A DNA stretch of 64,000 nucleotides from a candidate division FCPU426 bacterium (GCA_963719085.1 CAVRAL010000005.1:162442-226441), one strand, 5' to 3'; shown: positions 18,614-29,085, counted from the stretch's first letter. The notes: generated by a model not told the origin, from the sequence alone. Made by a program: numbers and translations.

Positions 18614-19216
18614 ATGGGAAAAACGGGAAGGTGGATTCTAGGGCTTTGCCTGATCGCCACCCCCGCTTTATCCCAAAGCGGGCCGGATCCCCACCCCCAG
18701 TGGATTGAGCAGATTGACGGCAGTTTTTCCGTCCCCGCCTCATCCACCCAACGCTTGGCGGACCCCGGATTGGGCGGCGACATCAATGTGGGCTACCGGT
18801 TCGATAACACCTTTAGTTTTTTTGTGGGCACCGGCTATTACCAATACGGCATCGCCCCCTCCCCGGGCGGGCAAAACGCCCAGTTGTCTTATATCCCCTT
18901 GACCGGCATTTTGCGCTTCACTTTTGGCGGAGGTTTTTTTCGCCCCTATCTCGTGGGAGGGTTTGGCGGCGCGTTAAACACCTACACCCAAACCAACCCT
19001 CCGGGAAGCCTCACGGCCCGCAGCAGCGAATCCCAAATCAATTTCTATCTCGCGCCGGGCCTGGGGGTTCTTTATGTTTTCTCAAGCGACATGGCGGTTT
19101 TTCTTCAAGCCCGGGTGGACGTGGATTTCACGTCCCACAATGGCTTGGGCGGCGAGCTCGAAAACCCTTCGGTGTTTATCCCTTTGCAAATCGGCATCAG
19201 TTTCTTCGCGGTTTGA
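18614..19216 (+). CDS. OmpW/OmpA-like outer-membrane beta-barrel
   Basis: Signal peptide; YIPLT, FRPYLVGGFG, alternating beta pattern, ends GISFFAV. Confidence 0.8.
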   Translation: MGKTGRWILGLCLIATPALSQSGPDPHPQWIEQIDGSFSVPASSTQRLADPGLGGDINVGYRFDNTFSFFVGTGYYQYGIAPSPGGQNAQLSYIPLTGILRFTFGGGFFRPYLVGGFGGALNTYTQTNPPGSLTARSSESQINFYLAPGLGVLYVFSSDMAVFLQARVDVDFTSHNGLGGELENPSVFIPLQIGISFFAV

Positions 19217-19304
19217 TCCCGCCGTCTTGAAATTAACCGCTTGGTTCATGCATGATCAAAATAGGTTAAATGCTTTCATTATCCCGCGACATTGAGGGCA
19301 TTCT

Positions 19305-22300
19305 ATGACGCCGTCCCTTTCGAGCCTTCAAGATCTTTTTCGATCCCCTTTTAAGTTCCTGCTTTCCAGCGTCCCGGAAGAACCGATCCGTTCCGAGCTT
19401 TTCAGCTTGGAGCGCTTCGATCAACATGCCCGCTCATTGGCGGCCGCCCAAACGATTTCCGACAATCCCAAATCCGGCGTTTCCCTCACCCCCCGCCTGC
19501 GGGAAAACGAGCGGGTCCTGCAGGAAGCCTTCCGGTACATCACCGGTGAAGTCCAAAAAAAGAAGCCCATCAGCCCCGCCGGCGAGTGGTTGATTGATTC
19601 CTTTTACGTGGTGGAAGAACAACTCCGGGACATCAAACGGTACCTGCCCCATAACTTTTACAATGAGCTCCCGAAACTTTCCGATGGGTTTTTGAAAGGC
19701 TATCCCCGGGTTTACGGATTGGCTTGGGCCTATGTGGCCCATACGGACAGCCATTTCGATCCCGATTCCTTGACCCACTTTGTGCGCTCCTACCAGCAGG
19801 TCCAGCCGCTCACCATCGGGGAAATTTGGGCCTTGGCCATTACCCTGCGCGTGGTCATGGTCGACAACTTACGCCGCATCGCCATTTACTTAGTCACCTC
19901 CCAGGAAGCCCGGCAAGAAGCCGACGCCTTCGTGGACGAGCTATTGGGCCTGATCGAGGAATCCTCCGAGGCCGGCCACCCCTCCGCGGCCAAGTTAAGG
20001 CAGCGCTCCGTCCATCCGGCCTTTTTGGTCCAACTCATCCAGCGCCTGCGCTACCAGGACCCCGCGGGAATCCCGGCGGTGAATTGGTTGAACGAAAGGC
20101 TGGCCGCGGAAAAAACCACGGCGGAGGACCTGGTCAACTCCGTCCACAGCCGCCAGGCGGCCAACAATCTCACCGTCCGCAATATCGTGACCAGTTTCCG
20201 GTCCATGATTTCATTTGATTGGCAGATTTTTTTCGAGCAGGTCAGCCAGGTCCAGGGAATCCTGGCCCACCATCCCCACTTCGAGAAAATGGATTTCATG
20301 ACCCGCAATAGTTACCGGTCCGCGGTGGAAGAGATCGCCAAGGGGTCCCAAAAGGACGAATCAGAGATCGCCCACCGGGCGGTCCAAAAAACCGAGGAGG
20401 CGGCCGGCGGGCCAAACCACTCGGAGCGGCTCCAGGACCCGGGCTATTACCTATTGGCCGAGGGCCGTACTGAATTCGAGAAAGAAGTGGGATTCCGGGT
20501 TCCGGTCAAAAAGCGCTTTCTGCGGCTTTGCATGGACTACCCGGCTTTGACTTATATGGGCAACGTTCTGTTGATGACTTTCGTCATCCTCATCATCGCG
20601 CTGCTTCTGAACGCCGGTCTTTCGCTTCCCGAAGCGATCCTGCTTTTCGTTTTGGGCTTTTTCCCCGCCTCCGACCTGGCCGTGAGCTGGGTCAATCGTT
20701 GGGTCACCGGCATGCTGCCTCCCCGGCATTTATCCCGCCTGGAATTCCCCGACGGCCCCCCGGCCTGGTTCCGAACCTTCGTGGTCGTCCCCACCCTGCT
20801 GGGGAAAGAAACCGAAATCTCCGAACAGATCGAGAAACTCGAGGTTCATTATCTTTCCAATCCCGAAGGGGACGTGCGTTTCGCGCTCCTCACCGATTGG
20901 GCCGATTCGTCCGTGGAAAGCTCGCCCGAGGACGAGCGCAAACTTTCGCTGGCGCTCCAGCGGGTGGCCGACCTCAACCAAAAACACGGGCCCGCGCCCG
21001 AGGGCGGCCCCCGGTTTTTCCTTTTTCACCGCAAAAGGCTTTGGAACCCGTCCGAGGGGAAATGGATGGGATGGGAGCGAAAAAGAGGAAAACTCCACGA
21101 GTTCAACCTTCTGCTTCGGGGCGCGGTCGACACCACTTACGGCGCTTCCGCCAGCCTGCCGCCCGGCACGCGTTATGTCATCACCCTGGACGCGGACACC
21201 AAGCTTCCGCCCGGCGTGGTCACCGAACTGGTGGGAATCTTGGCCCATCCGCTCAACCAAGCCCGCCTGGATCCCCGCTCGAAAAAGGTGGTGGAAGGCT
21301 ACGGCATCCTTCAACCCCGGATCACCTCTTTTTTACCCAGTGAAAATGAAAAATCCATTTTTCAAAGGCTCTTTTCCGGCGACTGCGGAATCGATCCTTA
21401 CGCCTCGGCGGTTTCCGATGTTTATCAGGACCTATTTAATGAGGGAAGCTTCACGGGCAAGGGGATTTATGACGTCGACGCGTATGAAAAATCCATGGAG
21501 GGACGGATTCCTGAAAATAGTTTATTGAGCCATGATCTTTTCGAGGGCTCTTTCGCCCGGTGCGGCTACGCTAGCGACCTGGAGTTTTTCGAGGAATTTC
21601 CTTCCCACGCCGAGATTTCCACCGCCCGCAACCACCGCTGGATCCGGGGGGATTGGCAGCTTTTCCCCTGGATCTTCGGCCGGGAAGGCGCGGCGCTCTC
21701 CATCCTTTCCCGTTGGAAAATGCTCGATAACTTAAGGCGAAGCCTCTCGCCCCTGGGTACGGTCGCCCTTCTGATCGCGGTTTTATTTCTCCCCCCCGCC
21801 AATCCGGCACTTTGGATCGGCTTGGCGCTTCTGGGAATTGGCTTCCCCTCTTTCATTTCTTTTTTTGATGACTTGGCTTTTTGGAGGCGCGCCCTGCATT
21901 GGCGGGATCAGTTGGACGAAATCAGCCGGGATTTTCTTCTCGGCGCGGGGCAGTTTACCGTCAATCTCATCCTCATCGCCAACCGGGCCTGGATGCACCT
22001 GGACGCGATCGCCCGGACGCTCTGGCGTTTATTCGTCAGTCGGCGCGATCTTCTGGAATGGACCACCGCCGCCCAAGCGAAATCCAGCGCTTCCCTTTCA
22101 GCCTCCAGCTTCTGGCGGCGGATGAAAGGCTCAGTTTTTATCGGGGTTTTGACTGCGGCCGCGGCGGCCATCGGAAATCCAAAGGCCCTGTCCCTGGCTA
22201 TCCCCTTCTCGCTTTTGTGGTTGGGCGCGCCTTGGTTCGCCCGCTTCATTAGTTTGCCCGGCTCCCGGGGCGTGGCGGTTCCTTTAAGCCCGGAACAGAT

Positions 22301-25300
22301 AATGGAATTTCGGCTCTATGGCCGGCGGATTTGGCGGTTTTTCACCGATTTCACCTTGGCGGAAGATCATTATCTGCCGCCGGACAATTTCCAGGAAGAC
22401 CCGGACCCCGTCCTGGCCCACCGCAGTTCCCCGACCAACTTCGGCCTTCATCTGCTCTCCATCGTCACCGCCCATGATTTTGGATGGTGCGGCTGGAGTG
22501 AAATGACGGACCGCCTTGAGGCGACCCTGGAAAGTTTGAAAGGCCTTCCCCGGTTTCGGGGGCATTTTTACAATTGGATCGAGACCCAATCCCTCCAGTT
22601 GTTGGAACCCAAATACATTTCCACCGTGGACAGCGGCAACCTGGCGGGCCATCTGCTCACCTTGTCCCAATCCTGCCGGGACCTGACCCGCCAACCGCTT
22701 TTTTCAACCTCCGTGCTTTCGGGCATCCAGGATGTTGTCCTCCTGTTGAAAAGGGCCGCGGAAGAACTCCCGCATCATGGCCGCGCCGCGATCACTCCCT
22801 TAAGCCAGCTTCAAAAGGAAATTTCCCTCTTTGAGCTTCAAATGGCTGAAATGGATCATTTCACCTCCCACACCAAATGGGCCGGCGCCTGGGATAAATT
22901 GGACCTACAGGCCGAGACGCTCAAAGACACGGCCCACGCCTTCGCCTCGGACCAGCGGGCGGATGAAAAAATCGAGTTGACGGTTTGGGCCGACCTGGTG
23001 GCCGCCGATGTCAAAAGCCACGCCCGGGATTTCCGGCGCTTGTTCCCCTGGGTCTACGCCCTTTCCGACAGCGCCCACCTGAGCGCCGAAACCGCCGAAG
23101 AAAAAGAATTTCAGGCTTCCATTCAAAGGCTCCTGTCCGTCGACCTGACCCTGAGCCAAGCTCCCGCTCATTGCGAGAAAGCGCTGGAGGCTTTCGAGCA
23201 ATGGCGTCAATCCCGGCTCCACCAAGAAAAATCCCCCGGCGAGGACGTTTATTTCGACCAGGTGGTTGAGGCGCTGAGCCTCTCCTCCAAAAATTGCCGG
23301 CGGATGCTGGACCGGCTCAATGGGATCGCCGATCTTTCCCGGCGTTTATTCGACGAAATGGATTTCAGCTTTTTGCTGAACCCGAAGAAAAAACTTTTCG
23401 CCATTGGCTACCGGGTCAACGAGGAGCAATTGGACGAGAGCTGTTATGACCTGCTGGCGTCCGAGTGCCGCCTGGCCAGCTATGTGTCCATCATTAAAGG
23501 GGATGTGCCGGTTTCCCATTGGTTTCGCCTGAGCCGGGGGATGGTGGCCGAGGAGGGCGAGGCGGTCTTGATGTCTTGGTCCGGTTCCATGTTTGAGTAT
23601 TTGATGCCGTCCCTGGTCATGGAAACGCCCGACGGAAGTTTGCTCAACCAAACCTGTGCGCGAGTGGTCCGGCGCCAAATCGAGTACGGCAAATTTCGGG
23701 GCGTTCCCTGGGGCATCTCCGAAGCCGGGTATAACGCGCGCGACTTAAACCTCACTTATCAATATTCCAACTTTGGCATCCCCGGCCTGGGGTTGAAACG
23801 GGGCTTGACCAAAGACCTGGTGGTGGCCCCCTACGCGACCGCCCTGGCGGCCATGGTGGATCCCCAGGAGGCCCTGATCAACCTTAAAAAGCTTGAGCGG
23901 CTTGGCGCCCGGAGCGCTTATGGTTTTTACGAGTCCTTGGACTATACGCCGACCCGCTTGCGCGAAAACGAGCCCTTCGCCCTGGTGCGCTCCTATATGG
24001 CCCATCATCAAGGCATGTCGCTGCTTTCTTTTTCCAATGTGGTCCACAACGGCCTATTGCGGCGGCGCTTTCACATGGATCCCCTGGTTCAATCGGGCGA
24101 GCTTCTGCTTCAAGAAAGAACGCCCCGCAACCTGGGCGCCGTTCGCGACCAGGTGCGGGAGGTGGAAATCCACAGCATCCAGGAATCCGTCCCCGCCATC
24201 ATCCGAAAAATCAGGTCGCCCCATCATCCCGTCCCCAGCTCCCATTTATTGTCCAACGGCCGTTACGCGCTCATGATCACCGCCGCCGGATCCGGCTACA
24301 GCCTGTGGAAAAACCGAGCGGTCACCCGGTGGCGGGAAGACGTCACCCGGGACCACACGGGAAGCTACTTTTTCCTCCGGGATATCCATAGCGGTTCGGT
24401 TTGGTCGGCGGGCTATCAGCCCACCCTGGCGGATCCGCTTCAATACCAAGCCATCTTTTCCGAGGATCGGGCAAAAATCTCGCGGCTGGACCACGCCATC
24501 ACCACGGACATGGAAGTACTTGTTTCCGCGGAGGATGATGCCGAGCTGCGCCGAATTTCCCTGACCAATCACGGAACCGACGAGCGTGAAATCGAGATTA
24601 CCTCTTACGCGGAAGTCGTTATCGCCTCGCCGGATTCGGACCTGGCCCATCCGGCGTTCTCGAACCTTTTTGTCCAAACCGAATATCTCCCTGAACTGGG
24701 CGCCTTGGTGGCGACCCGGCGCCCCCGGTCTTCCGGCGAAGACCGGGTCTTTGTGGCCCAAGTGCTCTCATCGGAAAACGAGCCCTTCGGGGAATTGGAA
24801 TACGAGACGGACCGGGCCAAATTTATCGGCCGGGGCCGCGCGCTTCGAAAACCCCTCTCGGTCATGGACGGCCGCTCCCTTTCCAATACGGTGGGCGCGG
24901 TGCTGGACCCCATTCTCAGCCTGCGGGTCAAGGTGAGGATCCAACCGGGAGCGACGGTTAAAATTTGCTTCACCACCCTGTTGGCCCCCACCGGCATTGA
25001 GATGCTGGCCATGGTGGAAAAATACCACAACGCTTCCGCCTTTGAGCGGTCCTCCAACCTGGTCTGGACCCAATCCAAGGCCCAGCTTCATCATCTGGGA
25101 ATCGAGCTGGACGAGGCCCAGCTTTTCCAAAAACTCGCCAATCGGATCCTTTTTTCCGATCCCCTGATGCGGCCCACCAGCGAGATTTTGAAAAAGAACC
25201 GGATGAACGTGACCGGCCTCTGGTCCCGGGGGATTTCGGGGGACTTCCCCATACTTTTAGTCCGGATCGATGACCTGGAGGACCAGGGGATGATCCGCCA

Positions 25301-28100
25301 ACTGCTTCGCGCCCATGAATATTGGCGGCTCAAGCGCCTGGCGGTGGACATTGTGATCTTAAATGAGAAGGCCTCGTCCTATGTGCAGGACCTCCAAACG
25401 GCCTTGGAAGGCATGGTCCGCGGAAGCGAGGCCACTTCCTCAGGGAATCCCGACCTGCTGCCGGGAAAAATTTTCGTTTTGCGGAATGACCTGTTGGATA
25501 TCCGGGAAAAGAATCTTTTGCTCACCGTCGCCCGGGCCATCCTCAACAGCCGGCAAGGCACCCTGGCCGAGCAGGTCATGCGGGTGCGTAAATTCGAGAG
25601 TTTCAAATCCATTTCCACCAAGCGGTTGGATGAAATGGAAGTCTTCCGCCTTCAAAGCCGCTCCGAATCCGCCCTGACCGTGCCTCCCTTGGAATTTTTC
25701 AACGGCATCGGGGGATTCGCCCAAGGCGGGCGGGAATACGTGATCGTCCTGGAAAAGGGCCAACACACCCCGGCGCCTTGGATCAACGTGATCGCCAACC
25801 CCGATTTCGGGTTTCAAGTGTCCGAATCGGGCGCGGGCTACACCTGGTCGGTCAATAGCCGGGAGAACCAACTCACGCCCTGGTCCAATGACCCGGTGGT
25901 GGACCCGAGCGGCGAGGCCTTCTTTATCAGCGACCTGGACTCGGGCCAGGTCTGGTGCCCCACCGCCTCCCCCATCCGCTTGGAAAACGCCACCTACATG
26001 ACACGGCATGGCGCCGGTTACAGTGTTTTTGAAAATGGTTCCAACGAGATTCACAGTGAACTTACCCAGTTCGTGGACGCCTCCGATTCGGTGAAAATCT
26101 CCCGGCTGGTTTTGGAAAACAACTCCGACCGGGTCCGGCAGTTGTCGGTGACCGGCTATGTGGAATGGGTGCTGGGCTTTTCCCGGGTCAAAACCGCCCC
26201 CTGGATCGTCACCGAGCGGGACGGTGAAACCGGAGCTCTCTTCGCCGTCAACCCGCTCAATTCGGAATTCGGGAACCGAACGGCCTTTATGGATTTTAAC
26301 GGGACCGCGTCCGCCTGGACCTGCGACCGTTCGGAATTCATCGGGCGTAACGGAAGTTTGGAGCGGCCCGCGGCCCTGATGCGCCGGGAGAAATTAAGCG
26401 GCGCCACGGGGGCCGGCTTCGACCCCTGCGGGGTTTTGCAGGCCCAAATCCGGCTGGAACCCGGCGAAAAAAAGCAGGTCGATTTTTTTCTCGGACAAGC
26501 CGAAGGCCGGGACCAAGCCCGGGACTTGGTGCGTAAATACCGGCATTCGAACCTGGAATCCCGGTTTCAAACCGTGGTCCGCGGCTGGGACTCGTTCCTG
26601 GGAAAAATACAGGTTCAAACTCCCGATCGCTCGATGGACATCCTGCTCAACCACTGGCTTCTTTACCAAACCCTGGCCTGCCGTTTTTGGGCGCGGGCGG
26701 CTTTTTACCAAGCGGGGGGCGCCTTTGGATTCCGCGATCAATTACAGGATGGGATGGCCATTGTGGCCTCCGACCCCGGACTGGCCCGTTCCCATATCCT
26801 CAAAACCGCCGCCCGGCAGTTTATTGAGGGCGACGTCCAGCATTGGTGGCATCCCCCCATGGGCCGTGGGGTACGCACCCGAATTTCGGATGACCGCCTC
26901 TGGCTTCCTTATGTGACGCTTCACTATTTACGGGAGACCCAGGATGTCAGCATCCTCGACGAGCCGGTCCCTTTTATTGAAGGAGCCCCGCTCAACCCCG
27001 GCCAGGACGATTCTTATTTTGAGCCGGCGGTATCCCGGGAACCGGCCTTGAGCCTTTATGAGCATTGCGCCCGGGCCATCGATGTCAGCCTGCAAACCGG
27101 CGTCCATGACCTGCCCTTGATGGGAAGCGGCGATTGGAACGACGGGATGAACCGGGTCGGACACGGGGGAAAAGGTGAAAGTGTTTGGCTCGCTTGGTTC
27201 CTTCATGAAGTTTTGACCGAGATGGCGCCTTGGGCCAAGGATCGGGGAGAGGAAGAACGCCAGGAAATTTGGACCGCCCACGCCCAAAAACTAAAGACCG
27301 CTTTGGAAACCCAGGGCTGGGACGGCGACTGGTACAAACGCGCCTTTTTCGACGATGGTTTCCCCTTGGGCTCGAGCGAGAACATGGAATGTAAAATCGA
27401 CTCCATCGCCCAAACTTGGGCTGTTTTATCCGGCGCCGGCGATCTGTCCAAATCGCTTCAAGCCATAAAGGCCGTGGAGGAGCAACTCATCCGCGCCCAG
27501 GACCATTTGGTCCTTTTATTCACCCCGCCCTTCAACCAAACCCCGAAAGATCCGGGTTACATCAAAGGTTATGTCCCCGGGGTGCGGGAAAACGGGGGCC
27601 AATATACCCATGCCGCCATTTGGGTCGCCTGCGCTTACGCGAAGCTGGGGATGGGAAAAAAGGCCGCCGATTTGTTCGCCATGCTCAACCCCATCAACCA
27701 CGCCTTGACCCGCACCCAGGTAGGCACTTATAAATCTGAACCCTATGTCATGGCCGCGGATATTTACGCCAAAGCCCCTCACGTGGGCCGCGGAGGCTGG
27801 ACCTGGTACACGGGCTCCGCCGGATGGATGGCGCGGGCCGGGATGGAATATATCTTAGGCATCCATCGGCGGGGCCCGGCGCTTTATTTTGATCCCTGCA
27901 TCCCGCCGGAATGGCCCGGGTTCAAAGTCAGTTATCAACATGGATTGTCGACTTATGAAATTCAATTTGAAAACCCCAATCACGTTTCCAAAGGCATTCA
28001 AAAAATCGAGTTGGACGGACGACCGGTCGAAGCGTCAAATGACACGGTCGAGCTAAAAGATGATGGAAAAAATCACGCCGTCAAAGTGGTGATGGGCTGA
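19305..28100 (+). CDS. ndvB: Cyclic beta-1,2-glucan synthase (Cgs/NdvB/ChvB): GT84 + glucoamylase-like + GH94 domains
   Basis: 2931 aa; WERKRGKL, TLDADT, SHDLFEG, RWIRGDW, SWSGSMFEY, GFRDQLQD, GDWNDG, RENGGQYTH, WYTGSAGW. Confidence 0.93.
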   Translation: MTPSLSSLQDLFRSPFKFLLSSVPEEPIRSELFSLERFDQHARSLAAAQTISDNPKSGVSLTPRLRENERVLQEAFRYITGEVQKKKPISPAGEWLIDSFYVVEEQLRDIKRYLPHNFYNELPKLSDGFLKGYPRVYGLAWAYVAHTDSHFDPDSLTHFVRSYQQVQPLTIGEIWALAITLRVVMVDNLRRIAIYLVTSQEARQEADAFVDELLGLIEESSEAGHPSAAKLRQRSVHPAFLVQLIQRLRYQDPAGIPAVNWLNERLAAEKTTAEDLVNSVHSRQAANNLTVRNIVTSFRSMISFDWQIFFEQVSQVQGILAHHPHFEKMDFMTRNSYRSAVEEIAKGSQKDESEIAHRAVQKTEEAAGGPNHSERLQDPGYYLLAEGRTEFEKEVGFRVPVKKRFLRLCMDYPALTYMGNVLLMTFVILIIALLLNAGLSLPEAILLFVLGFFPASDLAVSWVNRWVTGMLPPRHLSRLEFPDGPPAWFRTFVVVPTLLGKETEISEQIEKLEVHYLSNPEGDVRFALLTDWADSSVESSPEDERKLSLALQRVADLNQKHGPAPEGGPRFFLFHRKRLWNPSEGKWMGWERKRGKLHEFNLLLRGAVDTTYGASASLPPGTRYVITLDADTKLPPGVVTELVGILAHPLNQARLDPRSKKVVEGYGILQPRITSFLPSENEKSIFQRLFSGDCGIDPYASAVSDVYQDLFNEGSFTGKGIYDVDAYEKSMEGRIPENSLLSHDLFEGSFARCGYASDLEFFEEFPSHAEISTARNHRWIRGDWQLFPWIFGREGAALSILSRWKMLDNLRRSLSPLGTVALLIAVLFLPPANPALWIGLALLGIGFPSFISFFDDLAFWRRALHWRDQLDEISRDFLLGAGQFTVNLILIANRAWMHLDAIARTLWRLFVSRRDLLEWTTAAQAKSSASLSASSFWRRMKGSVFIGVLTAAAAAIGNPKALSLAIPFSLLWLGAPWFARFISLPGSRGVAVPLSPEQIMEFRLYGRRIWRFFTDFTLAEDHYLPPDNFQEDPDPVLAHRSSPTNFGLHLLSIVTAHDFGWCGWSEMTDRLEATLESLKGLPRFRGHFYNWIETQSLQLLEPKYISTVDSGNLAGHLLTLSQSCRDLTRQPLFSTSVLSGIQDVVLLLKRAAEELPHHGRAAITPLSQLQKEISLFELQMAEMDHFTSHTKWAGAWDKLDLQAETLKDTAHAFASDQRADEKIELTVWADLVAADVKSHARDFRRLFPWVYALSDSAHLSAETAEEKEFQASIQRLLSVDLTLSQAPAHCEKALEAFEQWRQSRLHQEKSPGEDVYFDQVVEALSLSSKNCRRMLDRLNGIADLSRRLFDEMDFSFLLNPKKKLFAIGYRVNEEQLDESCYDLLASECRLASYVSIIKGDVPVSHWFRLSRGMVAEEGEAVLMSWSGSMFEYLMPSLVMETPDGSLLNQTCARVVRRQIEYGKFRGVPWGISEAGYNARDLNLTYQYSNFGIPGLGLKRGLTKDLVVAPYATALAAMVDPQEALINLKKLERLGARSAYGFYESLDYTPTRLRENEPFALVRSYMAHHQGMSLLSFSNVVHNGLLRRRFHMDPLVQSGELLLQERTPRNLGAVRDQVREVEIHSIQESVPAIIRKIRSPHHPVPSSHLLSNGRYALMITAAGSGYSLWKNRAVTRWREDVTRDHTGSYFFLRDIHSGSVWSAGYQPTLADPLQYQAIFSEDRAKISRLDHAITTDMEVLVSAEDDAELRRISLTNHGTDEREIEITSYAEVVIASPDSDLAHPAFSNLFVQTEYLPELGALVATRRPRSSGEDRVFVAQVLSSENEPFGELEYETDRAKFIGRGRALRKPLSVMDGRSLSNTVGAVLDPILSLRVKVRIQPGATVKICFTTLLAPTGIEMLAMVEKYHNASAFERSSNLVWTQSKAQLHHLGIELDEAQLFQKLANRILFSDPLMRPTSEILKKNRMNVTGLWSRGISGDFPILLVRIDDLEDQGMIRQLLRAHEYWRLKRLAVDIVILNEKASSYVQDLQTALEGMVRGSEATSSGNPDLLPGKIFVLRNDLLDIREKNLLLTVARAILNSRQGTLAEQVMRVRKFESFKSISTKRLDEMEVFRLQSRSESALTVPPLEFFNGIGGFAQGGREYVIVLEKGQHTPAPWINVIANPDFGFQVSESGAGYTWSVNSRENQLTPWSNDPVVDPSGEAFFISDLDSGQVWCPTASPIRLENATYMTRHGAGYSVFENGSNEIHSELTQFVDASDSVKISRLVLENNSDRVRQLSVTGYVEWVLGFSRVKTAPWIVTERDGETGALFAVNPLNSEFGNRTAFMDFNGTASAWTCDRSEFIGRNGSLERPAALMRREKLSGATGAGFDPCGVLQAQIRLEPGEKKQVDFFLGQAEGRDQARDLVRKYRHSNLESRFQTVVRGWDSFLGKIQVQTPDRSMDILLNHWLLYQTLACRFWARAAFYQAGGAFGFRDQLQDGMAIVASDPGLARSHILKTAARQFIEGDVQHWWHPPMGRGVRTRISDDRLWLPYVTLHYLRETQDVSILDEPVPFIEGAPLNPGQDDSYFEPAVSREPALSLYEHCARAIDVSLQTGVHDLPLMGSGDWNDGMNRVGHGGKGESVWLAWFLHEVLTEMAPWAKDRGEEERQEIWTAHAQKLKTALETQGWDGDWYKRAFFDDGFPLGSSENMECKIDSIAQTWAVLSGAGDLSKSLQAIKAVEEQLIRAQDHLVLLFTPPFNQTPKDPGYIKGYVPGVRENGGQYTHAAIWVACAYAKLGMGKKAADLFAMLNPINHALTRTQVGTYKSEPYVMAADIYAKAPHVGRGGWTWYTGSAGWMARAGMEYILGIHRRGPALYFDPCIPPEWPGFKVSYQHGLSTYEIQFENPNHVSKGIQKIELDGRPVEASNDTVELKDDGKNHAVKVVMG

Positions 28101-28112
28101 ACTTGGCTTTAA

Positions 28113-28622
28113 CTAAAGCCGGTTCTTGGCGCCGGCTTCCGCCAGGGTCAACCAATCGAAGTATTCCCGGATTTTCACCAGCTTTCCCTGGTTCAGCTCG
28201 CCGATCAGGGTGACGGGAATCTCAAAAGGGGTCCCCGGGGCGGGCGGATGGGCCGATTTGGGCCAGTCCTTGGCGACCAAACCCCGATAGATGTACTCCA
28301 AACAAATTTTCGTTCCGGCCTCGTCGGTGAAAACACCCGCGGGCTCCGGCTCGAGCCCGGCCCCTTGGGCCCGCATGACGACCGACACGGAAGCCAGCGC
28401 CTGGATCCGGGAGGGCCCCTGGAATCTTTCGCCCGTCGCCATAATGACCCATTCCCCTTCCGCGGTGAAAAGGTTGATCAGGGCTTCCATGTCCCCTTGG
28501 ACAATGGACCTCATGAATTTGTGGGTAAAATCAGCGGTTGTTTCTTTAGGACTCACTTCGGTCGCCTCACCCCACTTCACATTGACCGGTTCGGGCGGGG
28601 ATTGGGGATTTGAGTTCATCAT
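28113..28622 (-). CDS. SnoaL/NTF2-like protein
   Basis: GDMEALINLFT, F.G...I, GKLVKIREYFD; start at MMNSN. Confidence 0.75.
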   Translation of the reverse strand: MMNSNPQSPPEPVNVKWGEATEVSPKETTADFTHKFMRSIVQGDMEALINLFTAEGEWVIMATGERFQGPSRIQALASVSVVMRAQGAGLEPEPAGVFTDEAGTKICLEYIYRGLVAKDWPKSAHPPAPGTPFEIPVTLIGELNQGKLVKIREYFDWLTLAEAGAKNRL

Positions 28623-28657
28623 GATGGTCACCTTTTGAGGATTTTTAACGACTCGGC

Positions 28658-28876
28658 TTAATTCGCCGCCGGAACCAACAAGGGAAGCCCTTGTCCATGG
28701 CGCACCCAGGCGAAATCGCCGGTCAGCACATAGACCGAGATACAAAGCAGCATCAGAAACACAACGGCCAAAAAACGCCAATCCCGGTGCGCCCTCCGCC
28801 AATAGGGACCCCGCACTTCGGCGATCTCCGGATTGGGATAACTGGTGTGTTGGTGCTTATATTTATGTTTCGTCAC
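28658..28876 (-). CDS. Small single-TM protein (PYWRRAHRDWRF motif)
   Basis: GTG start after a GAGG RBS; His-rich N-terminus followed by a TM helix. Confidence 0.65.
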   Translation of the reverse strand: MTKHKYKHQHTSYPNPEIAEVRGPYWRRAHRDWRFLAVVFLMLLCISVYVLTGDFAWVRHGQGLPLLVPAAN

Positions 28877-28979
28877 GGGCAGCCTCTTCGATTGGAAGTA
28901 AAAGCCTCTCGGTAGCATCATGGACGCGCGGCCGCCGTTTGTCTCCCTAGTCCCGTAAAATAAAACGGATAACAAAGTG

Positions 28980-29016
28980 CGATCAAAATGATTTTTTATT
29001 TTTATCACTTTGATCG
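28980..29016. promoter_or_regulatory. Tandem candidate UAS upstream of P6
   Basis: CGATCAAAATGATTT (28980-28994) and TTATCACTTTGATCG (29002-29016). Confidence 0.75.
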
Positions 29017-29085
29017 TTTGCCGGGGACCGGTCCAATTTCTGTTTCCGCGAAATGGCTTTTCGTCGATTCCCCGAGCTGAAAGTC

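Noticed and set aside
19434..27782. Many alternative-frame ORFs inside cgs
   Set aside because: GC-rich shadow ORFs with no domain signatures.
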